Shown: one piece after another, positions 25,171 through 36,714 of the stretch
Numbering within the stretch: position 1 is the first letter of the stretch
Layout: each line of letters opens with the position of its first letter
Source of the DNA: Pristiophorus japonicus
Lineage: Eukaryota
Direction: 5' to 3'
DNA: 64,000 nt
Assembly: GCF_044704955.1 (NCBI RefSeq)
Contig: NC_091995.1
Span: forward strand, 4,898,001-4,962,000
Translations under genes and position numbers: made by a program
The notes under the pieces: generated by a model
Database searches by the model: none
Told to the model about the DNA's origin: nothing
What the model saw: the letters and a program-made list of their open reading frames with translations, nothing else

Positions 25171-28100
25171 AAGGGGCGGGGCTTCAGGCCGGCCCACGAC
25201 ATTCATGACCTCACAATGACTTGACCCCGCACGGATAGGGTCAGGAGCAGAGGTCAGGGATCAGTTGTTAGAAAATGTAATTTCTAAGTAATGCCTTGTA
25301 AAATCCCAATGAGACTGTAAATACAACCGATACAAATATAAAATGTGAGGAGACTTAAATAAAAAGTAAAAGCCGACAGCAACTCCATCCCAGCCCTTTC
25401 TCATCACTGCCCCGCTCCTTTGTATTAAAAAGCAGGTATAAGTTGTGCTCTGAAAATGAGCACATTCCTCAGGTATTCAGCACCACGCACCATTGGTGAT
25501 GAGAAACACACAAACTATCTCTTTTCAAAAAGAGGGGAGTTTGTAAATCTTCGGTTTAAAAGGCTACAGGTCATTGTAGTGCCGCTTTCAGCCAGGAGAT
25601 GGTGATGGCGAGCTGTACAAAGCTCTGTAAAGTTTTACAGTGCAATATCACCACCTGCTGGAGTAAATCAGTACTGCGGACATACCAAGAAATGTAGAAA
25701 CATTCGGCTAACTTAACAATTCAGGTCAGATCTTTCTGCAGAACTGAAAGATAATTGGATCAGAAAGAAGGACGTAAACTAAACAGGGGCCTAGAAAGCT
25801 GTGATTAAAGCCCCTGAGTACATAACCTGAGCTGACATTCCAGTGCAACACTGAAACAATCAGAAGGAAGGAGCTTGCATTCATATCAGTCCTTCAGGAT
25901 CTCAAGACATCCCAAAACACGTCACAGCGCAGTGAAGTGCAGTCACTGTTATTTAGAGGCACCATCTTTAGGTTGAGTTGTTGGAGACCCTGTTTGCCTG
26001 TTCAACTGGATGTTAAAGATCAGGAGACACTATTCAAATAAGGGCAGGCAGTTTACCCATGTCTCGGCCAACATTCCTTCTGCAATCAGTTGATGGATCT
26101 GGGGGAGTTGGCCAATGGAACTTGCCCTTATTTACAAAGCTGACATGGTAATTTGGTGGGTTTTTCAGTGAATGGTCTAAAAGTTTACAGCTGGATCTCG
26201 GTAATCTACAAGAAAGTTGGCAGTCAGGCTGGGTTTAAATAAAACGAATAAATAGGATAAGTAGTTGTTATCTGGATGGCCAGTACCAGATGGAATTACT
26301 GTTCATGTATTGAGGTCAATTCAGGACACCAGGGGAATGAGTTTCATGTCTGAGACCAGCAGTGTCAGGTTGCCAACACTCGATTTCAAGGAAATGCATT
26401 TTGCATTTAAATAGGAAACATCTTGTGTGCAGACACTGAGACTTGATTATGGAATCAAAATAAACCAAAGGCTAAAAAACTCAGTGTCAGTGTAAGTATG
26501 GGGTCCTGGATTATCTACCCATTTCCACTCTATTGGGGGTCCCCTCCATCATAGCATACGGTCGAGGTTCCATTATAGTTTATTTCGAGAGAGAGAGAGA
26601 TGATTGTGACGTCTCTCTGTGCTGATTAGATCAGTTGTTACTATTTGATTACAGTTTAGAGTTTAGAATTCCCCGTGTGTGGCCCTGATGGCTCAGTGGG
26701 TAAATGCTCAGCTTGGTGTGTGTGGTACTGAGCTGTGCAGAGCTGGGAGGGTCCCAGCCTGTACTGAATTAACTGGTCTCCCACAGAGCAGTGGTGGGGA
26801 TACTACGGTTGTTAGAGGGGAGCGAGTTCCACATTCTCATCACTCACTGGGTAAAGGAGTTTCTCCTGAATTCCCTATTGGATTTATTGGTGACTATCTT
26901 ATATTTATGGCCCCTAACCCTGATCTCCCCCGCAAGTGGAAATATCTCCTATACGTCCACCCTAACCTTTTATGATTTTAAAGACCTCTATCAGGTCACC
27001 CCTCCCTCAGCCTTCTCCTTTCTAGATAAAAGAGCCCAAGGCCGGGGACTATCCAGTGACTCCTCCTGCAGGCTGTGGCCATCAGGTGAGGACACAACTG
27101 AGCTCAGCCCTGCTGTTCCCGAGCCTCCAGTTAGTGCCTTCAGGAGGAGAGGCGGGGAAAGTGAGGTTGAGGGACTTCTACAAAGAAAGCCACAGTATAA
27201 ACAGGCTTTGTACAGGCTGTGCTGGTGCTCTGCTTACTGTGCCACAGTGTACGCTGCACTCCACACATGGGGATCTCCCAGTCTGAGCTGTGCTGCCCTC
27301 TAAGCTGGACTGAAATCTCCCTTACAGTCTCCAATGCATTTACAAAGTGTTGTTCTCCGGCAGTTTTAGAAACTACATTTCCTGATTCACCTAGGAGTCA
27401 GGAATGAAAATATTATCAGGAAACTGTGATTATACAGACCAGCTCTCTGGTATTTTTTATTTGCTTTACTCTCTTTCTTTAAACAGGTAAATGGTAAGGA
27501 TTTGAAACCCTGCTCCCACTATTGGATCACACTTTGTTTTCGCCCATTTACTGAATGTCGCGGTTCATTGTGTCTCCTTTTTACACATCAATTACTTTCA
27601 TCATAATTGATGTAAATATTGTAAAACAATTTTCTCAATTAAAGTAAACTCGAAATCTATTACCTGACTTCGATAATTGTAATCACCCTGTACATCAATA
27701 AAGAGCCTGTTTTAATCTCCCTCTGGCGTTGTCTGAAGGTTGGTTGAGGTAACACGAATTTTAAAAGAAAGCCATTAGATCAGAGATGTATCTCACACGC
27801 ATTTTAAAAGACAGATGAATTCATGTGAACTTCAGAGCAAGGCAAAAACTATTCGTCACCCTGTTTTATGAGGTTACTGACTTTCCCAGGTACACAGATG
27901 GTGCCCACATTGCTGGGTAAACCCGTACATTTTACCCCCTCGACACAAAGCGTTTACATTCGCTGAATGATCAGATTGTGTATGACAACATGCAAAGGCT
28001 CCATCCAAGACGCCATCGAATTTCAAGACCCAAATGTTTCCCAGATTTATCTCAAAATTATATACAATTGGTGAAAGTATGTTCCAGCTTACAATGAAGT

Positions 28101-28330
28101 AGATTTTAATCTTTCTCGCCGGGGTATTGTGTTGCTTGTTAAAACGCACAATGAAAAATGTGATACAGAGGATCGTAGGTTGATAACAGAAACCGCCTGA
28201 TTTCATCCCATTCATTTCAGTTGAAATGAATTTGTGTTCTGTTACCGGGGTGTGATCCGCTGAGCAGATTTTTCTTTCTGCTCCCCGCTCAGGTGACCCG
28301 GAATATCGGATGGTAAAGACGACAATCATT

Positions 28331-28821
28331 CCAATGTTGGATATGATGACTCAAGTGGAACATTTTGCATGATGGCATTGCATTAAAAATCTATGCAAAA
28401 GATTAATTTATTTCAAATCAGCATCGGTCTCTCCTCTGTCCCCCTCCTTTCGCCCCGCCCTTCCCCCACGCTCAGCACAATACCCATTTGTCTCAGTCTG
28501 ATCCAAGATGCAAAGTGCAACGTCATAGACAGTGAATTTAACACTATTTCATCGAGATGTGAGCAGCACTTCCAGGGATTCAAAAAATGATCTGTGACCG
28601 GGAACCGGGTCTGGATCCACCCACAGAAACATGAGTCCAGCAGTTTCAATCAGGAAGTACTGACACTGGTCATGTCTTCCAGACAGCTCCTTGACATTGA
28701 GGGCACTTTGTGTTTTAGGGTGAACGGCTGCAATCATTAACACGATTCAGTTTATGGATCTCTATCTCACACCGTGTGTCACCAGACCGTTTGTAGTCAG
28801 TAGCGAGTTGGGTCTGGAGCA
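28331..28821 (+). repeat. Inverted duplicate of 5323-5804, containing a decayed TRIM 5'-UTR/start-codon segment
   Basis: gatgtgagcagcacttccaggga...cagcagtttcaatcaggaag..ATGTCTTCCAGACAGC matches the reverse complement of 5340-5590 and the TRIM-C 5' region (49976-50115). Confidence 0.88.
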
Positions 28822-29282
28822 GTGTTGGGCAACATACGTCCCGCGGGCCATATTTTTTTTTTTTATTTCAAAATATACTTTATTCATAAAAAGAATCTGT
28901 ACAGTACATTCAATGGCATTTCATTACATTTCGCTGCGGTCAGCAATCCCATACAATACATCTGGGTGCTGACGGCAGTTCCGTTCGTTACATTTCTCGT
29001 TTTTCTGTTCAACTGCGATTCAGTACAATAAACAGGGTACATTGTGGTACATTTACACAAATTACATTTCATGTGTTACAATACAGAGCCTGGAATGGGT
29101 GACGGTACATTTACATTTTTTCTTTTCAAACTTGCATTTCATAACACACCTTGCATTGTACATGGCACTACATTGATGTTTACAGGTTTGGTGCTCTATG
29201 TACACAAAGTGTAAATTACAAATACAGCCCGAGGGAGTTTGGTGCTGATTTCTGCCCCCGGGTTTTCCGTGGCGGAAGGGTT

Positions 29283-32200
29283 TTAGACTGTGGCCCTTCC
29301 CCACCATGCCTTTGCGGCGACTACACCAATTTTCAGTGCGTCCCTCAGCACGTATTCCTGGATCTTGGATTGCGCCAGTCTGCAACATGCGGACGTGGTC
29401 ATCTCCTTGTTCTGGAAGACCAGCAAGTTTCGGCAAGACCAAAGAGCGTCTTTGACCGAGTTGATGGCCCTCCAGCAGCAGGTGATGTCTGTCTCGGTGT
29501 GTGTCCCTGGGAACAGCCCGTAGAGCACAGAGTCCTGTGTTACGGAGCTGCTTGGGATGAACCTCGACAGCAACCACTGCATCTCTTTCCAGACCTGCGT
29601 TGCAAAGGCGCAATCCTGAAGGAGATGGGTGACAGTCTCGTCCGCCCCGCAGCCGGCCCGGGGGCACCGTGCCGTGCTGCTGAGGCGTCGGCTGTGCATG
29701 AACACTCTGACGGGTAGGGCCCCCCTCACCGCCAACCAAGCTACATCTTGGTGCTTGTGTGTAAGCTTTGGCGATGAGACGTTCTGCCAAACAAGTTCGA
29801 CAGTCTGCTCAGGGAACCACCCGACAGGGTCCACCGTCTCCTTCTTTCGGAGGGCGTCCAGGACCTTACGTGCTGACCACTGTTTGATGGCCTTGTGGTC
29901 AAAGGGGTTTCTTTTGAAGAACTTTTCCACGAAGGACAGGTGGACAGGCATGGTCCAACTGGTGGGGGCGTTTCGCGGCAGCGTGGCCAGACCCATCCTT
30001 CTCAACAATGGGGACAGGTAGAACCTCAGCACGTAGTGACACTTGGTGTTTGCGTACTGGGGGGCTGTGCATAGCTTGATGCAGCCGCACACAAAGGTGG
30101 CCATCAGGATGAGGGCCACGTTCGGAACGTCCTTTCCTCCACTGTCCAGAGATTTGTACATCGTGTCTCTGCGGACACGGTCCATTTTGGATCTGCAGAC
30201 AAAGTGGAAGACGGCTCGGGTGACTGCCGCGGCGCAGGAGCGTGAGATGGGTCAGACCTGCGCCACGTACAACAACACCGAGAGCACCTCGCTCCTGATG
30301 ACCAGGTTCTTGCCTGTGATGGAAAGGGAGCGCTGCTCCCAAAATGACAGTTTCTGTCTGACCTTGGCAATGCGCTCGTCCCAGTTTTTGGCGCACGCCC
30401 CGTCCGCTCCGAACCATATTCCCAGCACCTTCAGGAAATCTGGCTTGACGGTGAAGGGAATGGAGGCTCGGTTGGTCCAGTGACCAAAGTGCATGGCCTC
30501 GCTTTTGGTGCGGTTGACCTTTGCTCCCGAGGCCAGTTCAAACTGGTCGCAGATTGCGAGCAATCTGCGGACCGACTGCGGGTCCGAGCAAAAGACGGCA
30601 ACGTCGTCCATGTACAGCGAGGTTTTGACCTGGGTGCCTCCGCTGCCTGGGATCGTCACCCCTCTGATGCCCGCATCCTTCCTGATGGACTCGGCAAAGG
30701 GCTCGATACAACACACAAACAAGACAGACGACAGAGGACAGCCTTGCCTGACTCCAGATCTGATTGGAAAGTTTTGAGTTTCCCACCCGTTGATTAGAAC
30801 TGCACTACTGATGTCTGTGTAGAGCAGTTTGACCCAATTTCGGATGCCCTCCCCGAACCCCATTTTGGAGAGCACGTCCATCAGGTACGTGTGCGATATC
30901 CTGTCAAAGGCTTTCTCCTGGTCTAAGCTGATTAAACAGGTGTTCACCCTCCTGTCCCGCACGTAGGCGATCATATCTCTGAGTAGCGCGAGGCTATCAG
31001 AGATCTTCCTGCCGGGGACAGCGCAGGTCTGGTCCGGGTGAATCACCAGCTCAAGAGCAGACTTGACCCTGTTGGCGATGACCTTTGACAGGATCTTGTA
31101 GTCCACATTGAGCAGCGAAATGGGCCGCCAGTTTTTGATTTCCTCCCTCTCCCCCTTCTGCTTGTAGATGAGGGTGATGATGCCTTTCCTCATCGATTCT
31201 GACATGCTGCCGGCCAGAAGCATACCTCCGTACACTTCCAGCAGGTCCGGGCCTATCCAGTCCCACAGAGCCGAGTACAACTCGACCGGTAAGCCATCGC
31301 TTCCGGGAGTTTTATTCATCTCGAAGGACCGGATGGCCTTTGTCAGCTCGTCCAGAGTTAGCGGGTGGTCCAGACTCTCTCGCTTGCCGTCGTTTAAGAC
31401 CTCCGAAATAGACGACAGGAAAGACTGGGAGGCCACGCGGTCTGTGGGCTTGACGTCGTACAGCCTGGCATAGAAGGATTCGCTGATCCTCTGCATGTCA
31501 GGCTGCGAAGACGTCACAGAACTGTCTTCTTCCTTTAGGCTGGTGATCACAGAGCTCCCCCTGTGTACCTTTTGGAAGAAGAAACGCGAACACGTCTCAT
31601 CCTGCTCGACGGAGCGGACTCTGGATCGGAAGATGATCTTGGAGGACTCCGAGGCAAAGAGCGAGGTTTGCTGGCCCTTCACCTCTTCGAGTTCCTCCGC
31701 GACATCGACCCCCATCGACTGCAGCAGGAGCAGGTTTTGCATATTTGTCTGGAGTCGGGACAATTCCCTCTGTCTCCCTCTCGCCTCCTGAACACCTTTG
31801 AGGATGAAGAACCTCTTGATGTTCGTCTTGATTGTTTCCCACCAGTGCATCGGGGAATCGCAGAGGGGTTTTACGGTTCTCCAACCGTTGTAATCCCTCT
31901 TGAGTTCCTCAATGTTTTCCGGAGTCAACAGTTTCACGTTCAGCTTCCATATCCCTCTGCCAACTTTCTGGTTGTCCTGCGTGTGACAGTCAGCCAGTAG
32001 GAGGCAGTGGTCAGAGAAGAACACCGGCGTGACGTCGGTGGATCTGACCTTGAGCGTGTGGGACACAAACAGGAAGTCTATTCTGGAACGGACGGACCCG
32101 TCTGGTCTCGACCAGGTGTATCTGCGCGGTGCTCCGTCTGCAGGGTTGCTGAAGACGTCGCACAGCTTGGCATCTTTTACCGCATCCATCAGGAGTTTGG

Positions 32201-32690
32201 ACGTGGTGTCCAGTTTGCTGTCGGCTCTGCTGGATCGTCCAGCCGCATCGATGATGCAGTTGAAGTCACCACCCAGAATGACAGGCCTGGACGTTGCCAG
32301 TAACAGTGGGAGCTGCTGGAAGAGGGCCAGCCTCTCGTTCTTCACAGCTGGAGCGTAAACATTAATTAACCTGAGAGGGGAGTTTTTGTACATTACATCT
32401 GCTACGAGGAGGCGGCCGCCCACCACCTCCTTAACTTCGGTGATGGTGAAGTGGCCTCCCCGCAGCAGAATGCCCAGGCCGGAAGCTCGGCTGTCGTTGC
32501 CCCCTGACCAAATGGATGGTCCATGGGTCCACCATCGTGACCACTGCCGGTAACTGCTGAAGTGCGGCAGACCGCACACCTGCAAGAAAAGCAGGTCCGC
32601 TTTGACCTTGGCGAGGTACCCCAAGGTGGAAACACATCGCGTAGTCGATTTCACGCTACGCACGTTAATACTAGCAATTTTTAAATCCAT
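29283..32690 (-). pseudogene. Tx1 ORF2 (endonuclease-reverse transcriptase) with one in-frame stop at 30252-30254
   Basis: ORFs 30252..32720 and 29283..30185 are in the same frame. Motifs: SINVRS, GGDFNC, SDHC, WRPISLLNVDYKIL, GVRQGCPLS, YMDD, CPRAGCGADETVTHLLQDC. Confidence 0.9.
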
Positions 32691-32710
32691 TTTTAAGCTA
32701 TGTTTTACAT

Positions 32711-34259
32711 TTACATACATTGCAGTTCAGATACATCGTTTTCAATTTCAGGTGAACCGTTTTCAATTGCCACATATTCTACAATGGCGATTTCCAGCAT
32801 GTGTAAGTTATTACTATTTACATCAAATTCAACATTTACTGCACCTGGGGTGGCGTGGTCATCGTCGTCCTCTGCTGTGGGGATGTTTTGACCAGGGGAC
32901 TGCTGCAGTTCTGCGATTAAGTCCTCAATGTTCTCTGCACTGTCCTCGCCTGGTGTTGGTGGTTCCCCCTTTTCCTCAGTCGCGGCGGTGTCGAGCTGGT
33001 GTGCGTCGACCGCTGCATCGCTCCCGGTGTTCCGGAGGTGGGGTGTGCTGGGCACTTCGCTGCTCCCGTTATCCCGGGGCTGGTCTGCGTTGGTTACTCC
33101 TTCGCTCCCGGTGTCCCGGAGCTCGTGTGCGCTGGGCCCTTTGTTGCTCTCAGGTTCCTGGGGCAGGGCTGTGTTGGTCGCTTCCCTGCTCCCGGTTTTC
33201 CGTGGCCGTGCGATGGCGCATTGCCTCTTCTTCAGGCGGTGGCACTTTTCCTCATCAGACAAGCTGCCGTCGCTGGTTTCTGCCGAGCTTGGTGGTCGCC
33301 TCTTGGCCTTGCGCCTTTTCCCTACTGTCTGCCATTCCGCTTCCTCGTCTGATGTCAGCTCGTCTCTGGGTTCGGTGCTCTGGGGGCGAGGTTCGCTGCT
33401 GGCTGCTGGTGGCTCGCAGCTCGCGCTAGCAGTGTTCTCTTCCTCGCCGTCTTGTCCCGAGTTCATGGTCGGGGGGAGGGTGTGGCTCTCCTCTGGCGCG
33501 TTGTGTCCGTCAGCTTCCTCCTCCTCTGGTGCAAAGTTCTTTGCTGCCTGCGCATAGCTGCGATTGCGTTTGGGGCAGTTTTTGTAAAGGTGCCCAGCCA
33601 GACCACAGAGGTTGCAGCACTTGGTCTCCTTGCAGTCCTTTGTCTGGTGGCCCTCGTTCTTGCAGTTTCGGCAGATGACCGTCTTGCAGCTTGCCGCCAC
33701 ATGGCCTGCCTTCCCGCAGGTGCGGCACACGTTGGGTTGGCCAGCGTACACCATGTAGCCCCGGCTTCCTCCGATGGAAAAGCTGGAGGGTGGGTGCAGG
33801 ATGGTTCCGCTGGCGTCCATCTTCAAGGTCCACCTGGATCTGGCGCTTGCTGGTCCATATTCCGTGCCCGTCTTTCAAGTCACTGCTGCTTCCTGCCCCA
33901 TCGACAAACCTGTTGAGGAAAGTCAGCACATCGATGACGGGGATGTGGGGGTCGTACATTTGCACTGTGATAGTGCGTCTTCGCTGCGACGGGAGGGTGA
34001 ACAGCGGCTCCCAAGTTAGCACTGAGCGCACCGGTTCACTCGCCTCCTTCAAACCCTTCAGGAACTTCAGGCAGAGGGTGACGGTTCTGAAGGTCACATC
34101 GAAGTAACCTCTCTTCGGGAGGTCCTGCAAGGCGAAGACGTCGGCGACTTTCATGCCACATGTTCCCAGCAGGATTTTCTTCACGAAAAGTTCCCGGTTG
34201 ATCATTGTCTGTCCTTTCACTTTCTTTACCGTCACTCGGATGGTGTTTCAGACCGCCAT
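32711..34259 (-). pseudogene. Tx1 ORF1 (gag-like zinc-knuckle protein), disrupted
   Basis: CRTCGKAGHVAASC, CRNCKNEGHQTKDC, CNLCGLAGHLYKNC. Frameshift near 33825 between ORFs 33510..34235 and 32711..33826; early TGA after the ATG at 34259. Confidence 0.85.
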
Positions 34260-34511
34260 CCGGGTTGCAGATTCCTCCTTTCGCTGTGAGTTTTGGCCGA
34301 AGCCTTCATTCTCTCGTCGCCCCAGTCCGGGGCACGGGCGGACCTCCTGGCCCGCCCCTTGACAGGCCCAAAGGCCCGTCGAATCGTCAGTCGACATGCA
34401 GATTTTGTCTCCTCTCTCCAATTGGCGCCTGGCTCAAGCCAAAGGCCAGAGCCAGCAAAACTGGAAAAACGAGTTTCTGCAGTCAGTCGATTTGCATATG
34501 AATGCCCAATC

Positions 34512-34553
34512 AACAGGTACTCCACTTGATCTTAGCCAAAAGGCCGAGAAGCG
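34512..34553 (-). ncRNA. RNU2: U2 snRNA 5' fragment (nt 3-44) forming the 5' end of the Tx1 element; not a U2 gene
   Basis: CGCTTCTCGGCCTTTTGGCTAAGATCAAGTGgAGTAcCTGTT versus vertebrate U2 CGCTTCTCGGCCTTTTGGCTAAGATCAAGTGTAGTATCTGTT (40/42). Confidence 0.92.
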
Positions 34554-35699
34554 GGCCATATCCCTCCCGCGAAGTCATTCGATCCGGCCCGCTGGACAAG
34601 TAGTACGCGAGCAGGAGCTCGAGCTGCACATTCGTCTATCCACTTTCACTTCTGATCGGTCAGAGACAGAACCGAACTGGAGCCGAGGAAAAGCCATAGT
34701 AATACTTATTTCAAATTAATAATTCGCAAAAGAGATTCTCCCTGAGCCAATCTGAAAAGGACCGTTCCGCGAGTCTGGGCCCCAATGGCGGATGGACGTA
34801 CCCAGTATGCACGGCGCAGTGGAATATGCCCTATCCATTTTAGAGTAGGGTCATGGCAGCTCATCGCCACAACTCATTTACCGCGCTGCACCTTTCCTCT
34901 CGCTGTATCCAGAGTACGACGGCAGGGGAGTTCTCATCTGGCACCAATTGGGACGGCATTAGTCATCTGTGCAGCGGGACATGAGGATGCCTGAGGTGGG
35001 GAATTGATGCTGACACAGGCTCTAAAGAGAAAACAGTTCTATTTCACAGCACTGAGTTACAGAGACCAGAAGATACCACAACATTTTCAACTTTTATCTT
35101 TGATCCATTTCTAAACAGTATCGAACACCCGTTTGTGTGTAAAATAGAACCTGACTACAATCTGAATTTATATTTATGCAACGTTTATGTTTGTGCAATA
35201 TTGGCTCCAATTGTTTTCACTCACTCCCTTTAAATTTACTGCCCGCCCGGCCGCGATTGGTGGAAGGTTGGTGGACGGCCCCCAACAACTCACCAAAACT
35301 TGTTAAGTGGCCCTCCAGCCCAAATAATGTCCCAGCCCTGTACCAGAGTGAGCTGTGAGCTGCAGGAACCCGGGGACCTTGCTGCCTGTAATATTGCTCC
35401 ACGGGCGGAAGGTGGCGCTACACCGCCGTGTCTCAGGTGGATTGCCGCTGTCCGGGTCACTCCAGCTGCTTTACCACCATGGCCATTGGCCACACTTCCC
35501 CAGGGGCCGCCAGCTCCACTCACTCTCGGAGGGAGACAGATGGAGCTTCCTTGAATGAACAATTGCTGAGTCTGTTCAGCGACCCGGCTGTGTGAGATTC
35601 AGAGTCTGAAATAGAAAAGCCCGCGTCCAGTGACAATGATCTTGTCAATGGTGAGTTCTGAGCCCAACCTTATCAGATCTGTCTCATTTTAATCGGTGT

Positions 35700-35892
35700 T
35701 TAACTGCAGAGCAGAGGGGCGCTGCAGGGTGAGTGAAGGCGGCTGAAGAGCGGGAGGGTGGAGCTCGCGGAACGCCTCAGAGCCCCGGGAAAGACCGGCT
35801 TTAGAAAGGTGCAGAGCCTAAAACCATCGGTTGGGGTTCCGGGGGACACTCGGGGACATTTGCCGAGAGTCAGTCCGCCTCTGAGGGTAAGT
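35700..35892 (+). promoter_or_regulatory. GC/CpG-rich candidate promoter and non-coding first exon, possibly of TRIM-C
   Basis: CpG-rich block ending in donor gagg|gtaagt at 35887; the TRIM-C first coding exon has an upstream acceptor ttcatgcag at ~49984. Confidence 0.35.
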
Positions 35893-36714
35893 CCGCGGGC
35901 CGGATGAACCTGTTCCAGGGTCTGATCCCACACCCCTGCTATAAACAGATGTTTCCCCTCACCATCCAGATGCTGTCACTTTTTCCCATTTGCTCCTCAC
36001 AGCAGCGCACATCTGGGGCATTAACAGAAACCTCAGTGGCAGTAATTTACTGACTGCATTCAATCTAGTCTCCTCCTACAATACTAAGCTCTCTTTAAAT
36101 AGTAGATATTATCACACAGATCAGAGGTTTACAGATTGAAATGACTGGTATATTTAGCTGAAATTAAACAGTGGTGTGAGACACTCAAATTTGGCAAAGT
36201 CTAACGGAGTGATTTATGTAAAAATAGTTGCCACGCTAAAGTTACCAGCGGCTCAGTTGACCCTGGTGAGATTATCTGGAGATGCAGTATATAAACCAGT
36301 GGAATTTAGCCTCAAATCCCTGGGCTGGGACCTCCCACCCTCCCTCTGGCAATTAATGGGCAGGGCTGGGGGGAGTGAGTGGGAATTTGGGTCTGGGCGC
36401 AGTCCATCTATTTCACCGGCCATTGGATTTCCTACCACACACGGACAGGGCTATTGAAATGAAATTGAAAGGTCAGAGTTACTCCAGTTTTAAATACAAA
36501 AACAAAATACTGCTGATGCTGGAAATCTGAAATATCAGAAAATACTGGAAACACTCAACAGGTCAGGCGGCATCTATGGAGGCACAGAGTTAATGTTTTG
36601 GGTCAATAACCTTTCAAATATTGGGACTCGGTCTCTACTGAAAAGTGACTGCCGTGCAGCATAAACCTTATTTGCTTTCCTGGATATGTCCTGGCATCGG
36701 CGATGTTATTTGCG

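Larger units (their letters stand above)
28854..34553 (-). mobile_element. Full-length Tx1-clade non-LTR retrotransposon (family A, Keno-like) with U2-derived 5' end, poly(A) and 11-bp TSD
   Basis: ORF1 with three CCHC knuckles; ORF2 APE + RT + C-terminal Cys/His motif; AATAAA and poly(A) at 28854-28884; TSD gcgggccatat at 28843-28853 and 34551-34561. Confidence 0.93.
28820..35340 (+). mobile_element. Non-autonomous hAT-like element (28820-28853 + 34551-35340), split by the Tx1 insertion
   Basis: Ends cagtgttgggcaa...cccagccctg; colinear with the inverted copy at 41408-42352. Confidence 0.65.

Noticed and set aside
26677-27420. tRNA-like head and short ORFs
   Set aside because: Decayed SINE/CR1 pieces; no cloverleaf or protein homology recognisable.
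32711-34259. ZCCHC3-like domesticated host gene
   Set aside because: It is ORF1 of a TSD-flanked Tx1 element and has a stop and a frameshift.
34512-34553. Functional U2 snRNA gene
   Set aside because: Only nt 3-44; no Sm site or 3' stems, and the upstream flank is hAT sequence.
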